Part shown: positions 37,539 through 48,351 of the stretch, one piece after another
How positions within the stretch are numbered: position 1 is the first letter of the stretch
Layout of the letters: each line of letters opens with the position of its first letter
Source: Roseateles sp.
GTDB lineage: Bacteria; Pseudomonadota; Gammaproteobacteria; Burkholderiales; Burkholderiaceae_C
Length of the DNA stretch: 64,000 nucleotides
Assembly: GCF_039595295.1 (NCBI RefSeq)
Contig: NZ_JBCNLU010000023.1
Span: forward strand, 2,665-66,664
Reading direction: 5' to 3'
Notes under the pieces: model-generated
Told to the model about the DNA's origin: nothing
Databases searched by the model: none
What the model saw: the letters and a program-made list of their open reading frames with translations, nothing else
Made by a program: the position numbers and the translations under genes

Positions 37539-38237
37539 ATGAGCGACCCCCAGCCAATCCCTTCCCACGCCGAGCGTTCCAACGAGCTCTCGGCCGGACC
37601 CTCGCCCGAGCCGTCCGCCGTCGAGCCGCTCGCCGACCTGGCCATCCGCTCGCACACGACCTTCGAGGACGCGCAGGCCATCTTCACCGGCACCATCTTC
37701 GTGTCGCTGGCGCTGATCCTCTTCGCGCAGGTCGGGCTGCTGACGGGCGGCACGGCCGGCGCGGCCTTCGTACTGCATTACGCCACCGGCATCAGCCTGG
37801 GCAAGCTGTTCTTCCTGATCAACCTGCCGTTCTACTGGTTCGCCTGGACCCGCATGGGCCGGGAGTTCACGCTCAAGACTTTCGTCTCGATCGCGCTGCT
37901 GTCGGTGATGACCGAGTTCTCGCCCAAGCTCTTCGCCATCGACCGCATCCATCCGGCCTACGCGGCCGTGCTGGGCGGGCTGCTGCTGGGCTCGGGCTGC
38001 CTGTTCCTGGCGCGGCATCGCGCCAGCCTGGGCGGCGCGACCATCGTCTCGCTCTACCTGCAGAAGGCCAAGGGCTGGCGCGCGGGCAAGGTGCAGATGG
38101 GCATGGACTGCGCCATCGTGCTGCTGGCGCTCACCGTCGTCGATGTGGAGCGGGTCGCGTACTCCGTGCTCGCGGCCGTGGTGATGAACCTCTTCATCGC
38201 GGTCAACCACAAGCCCGGACGCTACGCGGTGTTGTGA
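37539..38237 (+). CDS. YitT-family membrane protein
   Basis: LLTGGTAG, INLPFY, ASLGG, GKVQMGMD. Confidence 0.85.
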   Translation: MSDPQPIPSHAERSNELSAGPSPEPSAVEPLADLAIRSHTTFEDAQAIFTGTIFVSLALILFAQVGLLTGGTAGAAFVLHYATGISLGKLFFLINLPFYWFAWTRMGREFTLKTFVSIALLSVMTEFSPKLFAIDRIHPAYAAVLGGLLLGSGCLFLARHRASLGGATIVSLYLQKAKGWRAGKVQMGMDCAIVLLALTVVDVERVAYSVLAAVVMNLFIAVNHKPGRYAVL

Positions 38238-38262
38238 GCGCGGCCCGCTCGGGCCGCGAGAC

Positions 38263-38529
38263 TCATGCCGAGCTTTCCGATGGATCCCGCTGCTCGGGCC
38301 GTTCCTGGGCCTGTCGCCGCCGGAACTCCGGCGTCGGTAGCCCGCCCACGCCCCAATTCTCCAGCTCGATCTCGTCGATCACGACGAAGGTCATGTGATG
38401 CGGCTTGCCCAGCACCTGGAACAGCAGATCGCTGACGCCCTGGATCAAGGCCGCTTTCTGCTCGGGCGTGGTGGCGCCGGCGCCGGGGGTGGTGCCCTCG
38501 CGGGTCACCTGGATGTTGACGTAGGGCAT
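38263..38529 (-). CDS. 4-oxalocrotonate tautomerase-family protein
   Basis: N-terminal Pro (MPYVNI), TPEQKAALI.GV, TFVVIDE...NWGVGG; GGAG RBS. Confidence 0.88.
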   Translation of the reverse strand: MPYVNIQVTREGTTPGAGATTPEQKAALIQGVSDLLFQVLGKPHHMTFVVIDEIELENWGVGGLPTPEFRRRQAQERPEQRDPSESSA

Positions 38530-38560
38530 GCGAGCTCCTTGGCTTGAGACCGACGGCGGC

Positions 38561-39292
38561 TCACCAGCGGCCGGCGTGCTGGCCGCCGTCCACGTGCAGC
38601 GTCTCGCCGGTGACGAAGCCGGCCTGTTCGAGATAGCCCACCGCCTGAACGATGTCGGCGATGTCGCCCATATGGCCCATCGGATGCAGGGCGTCGAGGA
38701 ACTCATGCGTCTGCGGCGCATGCATCGGCGTCCGGATGATGCCGGGCGAGACCGCGTTCACGCGGATGCCCTCCTTCGCGAGCTCGATGGCCAGGCCGCG
38801 AGTCACGGCGTCGAGGCCCCCCTTGGTCAGACTGGCCAGGCCGGCGGGAACGCCGGCGATGGGCTGCTCGACCAGCGTGGTCGTGATCTGCACGATGTGG
38901 CCCGCGCGTTGCCGTTGCATCTGGGGAATCACGAGCTGCGTGATGTGGAAGAAGCCGCCGAGGTTGACGTCGACGACGTCGCGGAAGTCCTGCTCGGTGT
39001 ATTCGGAGAAGGGCTTGGCGACGAAGATGCCGGCGTTGTTGATCAAGGTGTCGACGCGGCCGAAGCGGTCCAGCGCGGTCTGCACGACGCGCTGGGCGAC
39101 GGCGCGATCGCCGATGTGGCCGGGCACCGCGACGACGTCGGCGTCCTCGCCCTGCCGGATGGCGCGGGAGTTGGCGATGACGGCGTAGCCGAGCGCGCGG
39201 TAGGCGGCGACGAGGCCGGCGCCGATGCCCTGCGAGGCGCCGGTGACGATGGCGACGCGGCGATCGTTCGCGGTCTGGATGGAAGTGCTCAT
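38561..39292 (-). CDS. Short-chain dehydrogenase/reductase
   Basis: TGASQGIG, NNAG, LTKGG, RVNAVSPG, VTGETLHVDGG. Confidence 0.92.
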   Translation of the reverse strand: MSTSIQTANDRRVAIVTGASQGIGAGLVAAYRALGYAVIANSRAIRQGEDADVVAVPGHIGDRAVAQRVVQTALDRFGRVDTLINNAGIFVAKPFSEYTEQDFRDVVDVNLGGFFHITQLVIPQMQRQRAGHIVQITTTLVEQPIAGVPAGLASLTKGGLDAVTRGLAIELAKEGIRVNAVSPGIIRTPMHAPQTHEFLDALHPMGHMGDIADIVQAVGYLEQAGFVTGETLHVDGGQHAGRW

Positions 39293-39389
39293 GGGACGGT
39301 CCTTTCTTTCTGAGGGGCGCCGGAGGCTTCCGGCGTTGTCGAAAGAGTAGGGACGAGGTCCCGCGAGGGGGAGCCGCTATCCTCGCTCA

Positions 39390-40319
39390 ATGGCTGATCA
39401 GAAACGCACAGGGGCGACGCCCGATTGGGAGGACCTGCGCGTGTTTCTCGCGTTGGGGAGGCACGGCAGTCTGTCGGCCGCGGCGCGGGCGCTGTCGGTG
39501 AACCACGCGACGATCTCGCGCCGCATCCAGGCGTTGGAAGACAGCCTGGGCCGCAAGCTGGTGGATCGTCGCCCCGAGGGTTACGCCCTGACACCGGAGG
39601 GCCGCCGCGTGCTGACTGCGGCGGGCGAGATGGAGGCCGCGGCGCAGACCCTCAGCCGGGCCGGCGACGACGACGCGCCGCGCGGTCTGGTCCGTGTGAA
39701 CGCACCGCCCGCACTGGCTCAGGCCTTTGTGATCGGTCGCCTCGCGACCTTGCCGGCGCTGCATCCGGGACTGGATGTGGACCTCGCGACCGACCTGCGG
39801 TCAGTGAGCTTGGACCGGCACAAGGCGGACATCGCGATCCGGCTGGGGCGACCCGCCGATGGCGACTTCATCGCGAAGCTGCTGGGCGTGATGGGCTTCG
39901 GTTTCTACGGCACGGCGCCACTCTGCGAGCGGCATGGCCGCGCGGATGCCGATGAACAGGCACGTGCGGGGCGGGCAGCCGAGTCGCCCGTGTTCATCGG
40001 CTTCGACGAGGCCAACGCCGACATGCCCGAAGCGGCCTGGCTTGCGCGCCGATTCCCTCGCGCGCGGGTGGCTTTCCGCGCCGACAACCAGATGGCGCAG
40101 GCGACGGCGGCACGCACCGGCGCGGGCCTGGCCTTGCTGCCGCATTACATCGGGCGGCAGGTACCGGATCTCTTCCCGTGCGATCTCGGCCCCGTGCCCG
40201 AGCCGCGCGAGATCTGGCTGCTGATCCGGGGCCGGGACCGGCGCGATCTGCCGATCCGCACGGTGGCGGAGTACCTGATCCGCGTCTTCGAGGAGGAGCG
40301 GGCGCTCTTCGCGGTCTAG
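39390..40319 (+). CDS. LysR-family regulator divergent from the SDR-tautomerase genes
   Basis: WEDLRVFLALGRHGSLSAAARALSVNHATISRRI. Confidence 0.92.
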   Translation: MADQKRTGATPDWEDLRVFLALGRHGSLSAAARALSVNHATISRRIQALEDSLGRKLVDRRPEGYALTPEGRRVLTAAGEMEAAAQTLSRAGDDDAPRGLVRVNAPPALAQAFVIGRLATLPALHPGLDVDLATDLRSVSLDRHKADIAIRLGRPADGDFIAKLLGVMGFGFYGTAPLCERHGRADADEQARAGRAAESPVFIGFDEANADMPEAAWLARRFPRARVAFRADNQMAQATAARTGAGLALLPHYIGRQVPDLFPCDLGPVPEPREIWLLIRGRDRRDLPIRTVAEYLIRVFEEERALFAV

Positions 40320-40390
40320 GTCGACGAGGTGGGCGGAGCGGCGTCCGCCGCGGCCAGCAGCGTGCCTGGCGGACGCGCGTTACACGGCCA

Positions 40391-41050
40391 TCACTTCGGC
40401 TGCTTGACGATGCGCAGGTAGGGCTTCGGCGCCTTCCAGCCTTCCGGGTAGATCGTCTTGGCTTCGTCGTCGGAAACCGATCCGGCGATGATGACGTCGT
40501 CGCCCTGCTTCCAGTTCACCGGCGTGGCGACGCGGTGCTTGGCGGTCAGCTGCATCGAGTCCAGCACGCGCAGGATTTCGTCGAAGTTGCGACCCGTGGT
40601 CATCGGGTAGGTCAGCATCAGCTTGATCTTCTTGTCCGGACCGACGATGAAAACCGAGCGCACCGTGGCGTTGGTCGCCGCGGTGCGGCCCTCGGACGTG
40701 CCGCCCTCATCGGCCGGCAGCATGTTGTAGAGCTTGGCCACGGCCAGATCGGTGTCGCCGATCATCGGGTACTTGACCGACGCGCCCTGCGTTTCCTCGA
40801 TGTCGGCGACCCACTTGGCGTGGTTGTCCACCGGGTCGATGGACAGGCCGATCAGCTTGGCGTTGCGCTTGGTGAATTCGGGCTCGATGCGGGCCATGTA
40901 GCCCAGCTCGGTCGTGCACACCGGGGTGAAGTCCTTGGGGTGCGAGAACAGGATGGCCCAGCTGTCGCCGATCCAGTCGTGGAAGGTCAGTTCGCCGTGC
41001 GTGGTCTTCGCGGTGAAGTTCGGGGCGATGTCGTTGATGCGCAGGGACAT
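40391..41050 (-). CDS. 1-Cys peroxiredoxin (Prx6 type)
   Basis: FSHPKDFTPVCTTE, LTYPMTTGRNFDEILRVLDS.Q, ATPVNW. Confidence 0.93.
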   Translation of the reverse strand: MSLRINDIAPNFTAKTTHGELTFHDWIGDSWAILFSHPKDFTPVCTTELGYMARIEPEFTKRNAKLIGLSIDPVDNHAKWVADIEETQGASVKYPMIGDTDLAVAKLYNMLPADEGGTSEGRTAATNATVRSVFIVGPDKKIKLMLTYPMTTGRNFDEILRVLDSMQLTAKHRVATPVNWKQGDDVIIAGSVSDDEAKTIYPEGWKAPKPYLRIVKQPK

Positions 41051-41188
41051 GGTGGGCTCCGGTGTCGTCAGGTCGGTCGAATGGATAGGATCGCAATTCT
41101 CATCCCTGCGATGGAGGATGACGACCCCCCGCCCAATGCCCTCATCCGGTTCGCGTCTATGCATGCGCGGCGCGCGCATGAGCGCCGC

Positions 41189-41875
41189 TCAAAAAGGTCG
41201 CCCGAAATCCCAGTTCAAGCCCAGCGACCACCAGTCCTCGCGCGGCGTCGTGCCGGTGGCGCGCGCCCGCGCCCGGCTGAGGTCGAGGGAAAGCTTCTCG
41301 CCGAGGAAGCGCCGCAGTCCCACGCGCGCCAGCGGGCGCTGACCGTCGTGGAAGACTTCGGCCAATCCTTGCCACTCGGGCACGGGCTGCCATTCGACGG
41401 CGACGCCGCGTTGCCAGCGGTCCGGCGATCCCGCGCGCAGCGCGCGGCCGACGTTCAGGTGGACGGCCAGATCGTGGCGAGGCGCCCAGCTGACCGGGAT
41501 CACCAGCAGCGCTTGCCGCTTGGGGGCCAGGCTTTGCCAGCCGACGGCGGCGGCCGCGCCGATGCTCCATGTCGGCGACAGCGCCTTCGCCCATTTCACT
41601 TGAGCCGCATGCGGATGCAGCGTGGGCGAATCGGTGGCGGTGCCGCGGTCCAGGCTCACGCCGAGCTCGACGGCCGCGATCCGACAGGCGCCTCCGGCAT
41701 GCTGCAGACGGCGGCGCTGCTGATGGGCGTGCTCGACCCACAGCTCCAGGGTGCATTGATCGGGATCGAGGATGGCCGCGTCGTCCACCGCGTGGTGGCC
41801 GCCGGCCGCATGGCAATGGCTGGACAGCAACAGGCCGGCGAGCAGCGCGACCAAGACCGTCGGGATGGCGAGCAT
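41189..41875 (-). CDS. Exported hypothetical protein, probable outer-membrane beta-barrel
   Basis: AGGAG RBS; signal peptide ending CHA; GGHHAVDDAAILD; alternating beta-strands; C-terminal LGLNWDF. Confidence 0.65.
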   Translation of the reverse strand: MLAIPTVLVALLAGLLLSSHCHAAGGHHAVDDAAILDPDQCTLELWVEHAHQQRRRLQHAGGACRIAAVELGVSLDRGTATDSPTLHPHAAQVKWAKALSPTWSIGAAAAVGWQSLAPKRQALLVIPVSWAPRHDLAVHLNVGRALRAGSPDRWQRGVAVEWQPVPEWQGLAEVFHDGQRPLARVGLRRFLGEKLSLDLSRARARATGTTPREDWWSLGLNWDFGRPF

Positions 41876-42032
41876 GAGGATCTCCTGGGGCGAGTGTCGC
41901 GCGTGCCGTGGACGCGGTGATGACAGCACCGTTCCGGCTATCGGGTCGATTGAGTGCTTCACTTGCCGTTGCCTGAACGGCGGTCCTAGACTCGGCCGGC
42001 CATCGTAGCCAGCGGACAGTCTCGGCGCCTGA

Positions 42033-44270
<2,238 letters not shown>

Positions 44271-44296
44271 GCCTTGGGGGCGGGGCGAGCCTGAGG

Positions 44297-44376
44297 TGTA
44301 GGCAAATTGGCTACGGTGTAGGCGGATTGCCTACGCTGTAGCCCGATTGCCTACAATGTAGGCAGATTGCCTACGC
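44297..44376. repeat. Four tandem 20-bp units, each an inverted repeat (consensus TGTAGGC-N2-ATTGCCTAC-N2)
   Basis: TGTAGGCAAATTGGCTACGG / TGTAGGCGGATTGCCTACGC / TGTAGCCCGATTGCCTACAA / TGTAGGCAGATTGCCTACGC; ends 16 nt before the ATG at 44393. Confidence 0.9.
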
Positions 44377-44392
44377 CTTCAGCAAGCCCGCC

Positions 44393-44998
44393 ATGAATGA
44401 ATCCCAACTGACCGAAGTCTTCGGCAGCATCGGCCGCTTCCGTGTGCTGCGAGCGCTCTTCGCCGAGCCGGCTCGTGGTTTCGGTCAGCGCGAGTTGGCG
44501 GCGGAGGCGGGGACCGACGTGGGCAGCGTGGCCCGTTGGTTGCGGCGGTGGGTCGCGGCAGGGTTGGTCTCGCGGCGGCAGCAGGATGGATTGCCTCGCT
44601 ATCAAGCGAGTCCCGATCCATCGCTCGCGCCGCTGGTGGCGCTGATGCAGCAGGACAGCCGGCTCGTTGAGACATTGAAGGAGGCGCTGCAGCCCTTGAA
44701 GGGGGTACAGGTCGCTTTCGTTTTCGGCTCGGTCGCGCGCGGTGAAGCGGGTGCCGACAGTGACATCGACGTCCTCGTGCTGGGAAGTTTGTCGGAACTC
44801 AAGGTGAACGTTGCTTTGAAGCCCGCGGCTCGCGCGCTCGGCCGCGAGGTGCATGCGACGGCCTCTACGATTTCCGCCTTTCAGGAACAGCTTCGTGGCG
44901 GGGAGAGCTTCGCGCAAGACATCGCGCGAGGGCCGCGAATACCCTTGATGGGGGATTTCGATGCCGAAGTCATTTCAGGAGCTGGCGGCCCGGCCTGA
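44393..44998 (+). CDS. Winged-HTH + minimal nucleotidyltransferase (MNT) fusion, putative antitoxin/repressor
   Basis: N-terminal wHTH (RVLRALF...QRELAAEAG...VARWLRRW..AGLV); FGSVARG...DSDIDVLV. Confidence 0.85.
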   Translation: MNESQLTEVFGSIGRFRVLRALFAEPARGFGQRELAAEAGTDVGSVARWLRRWVAAGLVSRRQQDGLPRYQASPDPSLAPLVALMQQDSRLVETLKEALQPLKGVQVAFVFGSVARGEAGADSDIDVLVLGSLSELKVNVALKPAARALGREVHATASTISAFQEQLRGGESFAQDIARGPRIPLMGDFDAEVISGAGGPA

Positions 44999-45428
44999 GG
45001 CGCCTCTGAAGCCGCTGGCGGTCAATGCGCGAGACGTGGTGCAGTGGCTCAACCAGGCGCAAGCCAAGTTGCAGGACGCGCGCCACCCGGCGATCTCCAA
45101 TGGCACGCGCATGGACGCGGCATGGGATGCGGTGCTGCTGTCCTGCATGGCCGTCGCGTGCGCCGAGGGGTGGCGCATCACGAGTGATCGAGGTCACCAC
45201 GCGGTGGCGTTGGAAGGCGCGGCGCACGAGCTGGCGATCGGCGAGCGCCGCTTCGATGAACTGGACATTCTTCGCGACTGGCGCAACCGGAAGTACCGGC
45301 CCGGCTACATGGTCGAAGGCGATGAACTGAGCGAGGCGCTGGAGTGGGTCGCGCCCTTTCTTGCGGACGTCGCGACCTGGTTTGATCGGAAGCATCGCGC
45401 GCTCATCCAACGTGGGCTGGCGCGCTGA
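44961..45428 (+). CDS. HEPN-like protein, putative toxin partner
   Basis: All-helical; RMDAAWDA, GHH, LRDWRNRKY; overlaps the MNT gene by 38 nt. Confidence 0.7.
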   Translation: MPKSFQELAARPEAPLKPLAVNARDVVQWLNQAQAKLQDARHPAISNGTRMDAAWDAVLLSCMAVACAEGWRITSDRGHHAVALEGAAHELAIGERRFDELDILRDWRNRKYRPGYMVEGDELSEALEWVAPFLADVATWFDRKHRALIQRGLAR

Positions 45429-45496
45429 GCCGGGGTCACTTGGGCGATATACGTTTCGTTCCATCTCCCCTGCCCCTTCATTCCTAAGATGCCGGA

Positions 45497-46132
45497 ATGA
45501 ACCGATTCCCCAAGCCGTCGAGCGCGCCTCGCCTGCCGCTCGATGCCGTGATGTTGCTGGTGCTGGTCCTGGCCGCCTGTGGCGGCGGGGGCGGAGACGC
45601 GCCTCCCGTGGCAACGACGCCCACGACACCGACCACCCCGACCACTCCCACGACCCCGACCAATCCGACCACGCCGCCTGCCGTCGTCGGCACTTGCGAC
45701 CTGCCCAACTTCCAGCAGGACCTGCTGACTCGTATCAATGCGTTGCGGGCAGCGGGCGCAAGCTGTGGGAGTTCCGGGACCTTCCCTCCCACCACGGCGC
45801 TGAGCTGGAACATCAATCTGACCAACGCCGCCGATGCGCACGCGCTGGACATGGCGACGAAGAATTACTTCAGCCATGACAGCCAGGACGGGCGCTCGTT
45901 TGCCGATCGCATCACCGCCGCCGGCTACAGCTGGAGCGCGGCCGGCGAGAACATCGCCGCCGGGCAACCCACCGTCGAATCGGTGATGAGCGCGTGGATC
46001 AACAGCCCCGGGCATTGCGCGAATCTGATGTCGGCGAGCTATGTCCATGTGGGTGTCGCGTGCCGACCGGCTGCGTCGACGTCGAACTCGTACTCTAGGT
46101 ATTGGGTCATGGACCTCGCGAAGCCGCGCTGA
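45497..46132 (+). CDS. CAP/SCP-domain lipoprotein with (TTP)n linker
   Basis: Lipobox LAAC; INALRAAG..C, AADAHA.DMA..NYFSH, GENIA, WINSPGHCANLM. Confidence 0.9.
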   Translation: MNRFPKPSSAPRLPLDAVMLLVLVLAACGGGGGDAPPVATTPTTPTTPTTPTTPTNPTTPPAVVGTCDLPNFQQDLLTRINALRAAGASCGSSGTFPPTTALSWNINLTNAADAHALDMATKNYFSHDSQDGRSFADRITAAGYSWSAAGENIAAGQPTVESVMSAWINSPGHCANLMSASYVHVGVACRPAASTSNSYSRYWVMDLAKPR

Positions 46133-46211
46133 GGCTGACATGCGTCGCTGCTCAGCCCCTTGCAGCGAAGCCGCGCTGAGGCTGCCATGCGTCGTTGCTC
46201 AGCCCCTTGCA
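46118..46211 (+). repeat. 47-bp direct tandem duplication (2 copies, 2 mismatches) covering the CAP stop codon
   Basis: GCGAAGCCGCGCTGAGGCTG(A/C)CATGCGTCG(C/T)TGCTCAGCCCCTTGCA at 46118 and 46165. Confidence 0.85.
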
Positions 46212-46225
46212 TAGCGCTGCTATGC
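46209..46225. terminator. Hairpin GCATAGC-GCT-GCTATGC between convergent genes
   Basis: Perfect 7-bp stem; terminator role inferred from position. Confidence 0.4.
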
Positions 46226-46274
46226 GGCGGGACCTCGCGCCTAGCCTGGCAACCTCAGCGCGACTTCGCGGCGA

Positions 46275-47039
46275 TTAGGCCGCCTGCTTTGGGCGCCGCA
46301 CGGCGCGCAATTTCCCCGTCTGTCCCCCGCCGCAGTAGAACAAGCCCGCGCCATCCGACTCCAAACCGCTGACACCCATGTGGGCGGGCATGCTCAGCCG
46401 CTCCAGCACCGCGCCATCCTTCGGGTCGACGCGACGCAACTCGCTCTCGTCGCCCTCCCAGGTGGCGTGCCAGAGCTGCCCGTCCACCCAGGTCACGCCC
46501 GTGACGAAACGGTTGGACTCGATGGTGCGGCGCACGTCGCCGGTCTCCGGATCGATCTGGACGATCTTGCGGTCGCGGTACTGCCCGACCCACAGACTGC
46601 CCTCGGCCCAGGTCAGCCCCGAGCTTCCATGTCCGGAGTCCGACGGCGCGGGAATCGAGCCGATCACCCGACCCGTCGCCGGATCGATCTTGTTGATGCG
46701 CGACTCCGCGATCTGATAGAGATGCCGGCCATCGAAAGCCGTGCCCGCATCCGCCACGCAAGGCAGCGTGCGCACGACCTCGCCGGTCGGCGGATCGATG
46801 GCCAACAGCCCCAACGCCGTCGCCGCCCAGATGCGATCGCCGTCGTGGCTCACGCCATGCACCGCCGGCGCGCCGGGGTAGGGTCCGTACTCCCGCACCA
46901 CCTCGGCCGCGCGCGAGGCAGGCAGTCCCATGGAAGGCGTCAGCTCCGCGCCTTGATGCGGATCGCAGGCGGCGCTCTGCGAGGTCGATTGCGAAGGCGA
47001 TCCGGAGGTCGATCCCGAAGTCGATTGAGAAGTGCTCAT
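46275..47039 (-). CDS. Beta-propeller protein (glutaminyl cyclase/PQQ-like repeats)
   Basis: Repeats AGTAFDG..LYQ, SGLTWAEGSLW, TGVTWVDGQLW, SGLESDG; AAGGAG RBS. Confidence 0.75.
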   Translation of the reverse strand: MSTSQSTSGSTSGSPSQSTSQSAACDPHQGAELTPSMGLPASRAAEVVREYGPYPGAPAVHGVSHDGDRIWAATALGLLAIDPPTGEVVRTLPCVADAGTAFDGRHLYQIAESRINKIDPATGRVIGSIPAPSDSGHGSSGLTWAEGSLWVGQYRDRKIVQIDPETGDVRRTIESNRFVTGVTWVDGQLWHATWEGDESELRRVDPKDGAVLERLSMPAHMGVSGLESDGAGLFYCGGGQTGKLRAVRRPKQAA

Positions 47040-47103
47040 CGTGGTCTCCTTGCGGCGGGGATGGTGGATGAAGAAGGAAGAAACCCGTCGCATGAGGGGC
47101 AAT

Positions 47104-48336
47104 CTATCCAGCCGGCGCCGAAGCCGGGAGTAACAAGATCGTCGTGATTCCCGACAGCCCGCCCGTCATCGGCGGCGCCAGCCAGCGCTTCGCCCGCGCC
47201 TGGCCGATCGCGCGCACGAGTCCGTCCGCTTCCAGCTCTGCCAAGGCCCGTTGAACAGTCCTCTGGCTCGCGCCCATCGCGAGCGCCAGCGCCGAGGTCG
47301 ACCACGCCGCGCCGTCCGCGAGCAGCGCTTGCAGCGCCGCCTGCTCGCCGTTGATGGGCGGCGCGAGCATGGTGACCGTCCGCCCCTCGTCGACACGCAG
47401 CGCGAAGCCGCGCGAGGTCGCATCGATGCTGGCGACCGGCTCGATCAGCGCGCGCAGCCGCCCGAGCTCGACCCGCAAGCGCGCGCGATGGGTCTCGTCG
47501 GGATGGCGGGTGCGGAAGGCTCGAAGGATCAGCGTCGCGCGATCGACGTCGCCCGGCCATGCCTCCGCCAGCGCCCGCGCGAGCACGAACAGCACCGGCC
47601 GCCGCGCGAGTCCCACCTCCAGCCCTTCGCCGCGAATCGCGCGACGGCAGGCATCAATGACCAGCGTCGGCGAGGCGAGCAGGTCCTCGACCTCGCCCAG
47701 GCGCAGCGGCTGCTCGACGCCGGCGTCGATGCGCCGCGCCGCGGGACGGTCGAGCAGCGCGTGCAGCTGCTCGGTCTCCGCGATCAGCGCCGCGACGCCG
47801 GTGTGGCGCGCCGCCGCCAGCGCCTGGATCAGCGCGAGTCGCGCCTCGCGGATGCGCAGCGCGCGCAGCGCCAGCTCCGCTTCCGCGAGGCTCGCCAGCG
47901 CCGCAGGCAAGGGCGGGCCGGCCGACGGATCCACCATCGGCAGCGCCCGTGACGCCTCGTCCAGGCGCCCCAGCAGAACCAGCCGCCGCACCGCGATGAG
48001 CCGCGCCTGCAGCGCGTTGATGCGGTCGTCGTGGGCGTCCAGCACCTCGGCCGCCTGGCGCAAGGCGCGCGGCGGATCGGCGAAGTCACGCATCGCCAGC
48101 GCCACCTCGGCCTCGGCGACCACGCAGCGCGCCCGTGACACGGCCTCACTCGGCCCGAAGGCCTTGACCGCCTTGCGCAGCAACTCGCGGGCGCGGGCGT
48201 GCTCGCCCAGCTGCGCCATGGCGATGCCTCGCAAGGCCAGCGCGGGCGGGTCCTCGCGCAGCGCCACGCGCTGCAAGGCGCCGAGCGCGTCGCCGGCGGC
48301 GAGAAACCGCGCGGCGGCGGTGATCAGGGCGTCCAC
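47104..48336 (-). CDS. TPR-like + HTH-domain putative regulator
   Basis: GTG start; MDALITAAARFLAAGDALGALQRVALREDPPALALRGIAMAQLG; C-terminal HTH WSTSALALAMGASQRTVQRALAEL. Confidence 0.75.
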   Translation of the reverse strand: MDALITAAARFLAAGDALGALQRVALREDPPALALRGIAMAQLGEHARARELLRKAVKAFGPSEAVSRARCVVAEAEVALAMRDFADPPRALRQAAEVLDAHDDRINALQARLIAVRRLVLLGRLDEASRALPMVDPSAGPPLPAALASLAEAELALRALRIREARLALIQALAAARHTGVAALIAETEQLHALLDRPAARRIDAGVEQPLRLGEVEDLLASPTLVIDACRRAIRGEGLEVGLARRPVLFVLARALAEAWPGDVDRATLILRAFRTRHPDETHRARLRVELGRLRALIEPVASIDATSRGFALRVDEGRTVTMLAPPINGEQAALQALLADGAAWSTSALALAMGASQRTVQRALAELEADGLVRAIGQARAKRWLAPPMTGGLSGITTILLLPASAPAG

Positions 48337-48351
48337 ATTAAACTCCCGGCC

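Noticed and set aside
44297-44376. Possible CRISPR array
   Set aside because: The units abut with no unique spacers, are only 20 bp long, and no cas genes are present.
44297-44376. Same regulator as the ATGTAG-N6-CTACAT sites
   Set aside because: The TGTAG/CTAC half-sites are shared, but the spacer is 9 versus 6 bp and the inner bases differ. I treated the similarity as coincidental.
45608-45680. 9-bp tandem repeats in the CAP gene as a contingency locus
   Set aside because: They are in-frame (TTP)n linker codons with synonymous variation, so they would not cause phase variation.
46118-46211. Possible mini-CRISPR
   Set aside because: Two adjacent 47-bp copies with no spacer; this is a tandem duplication.
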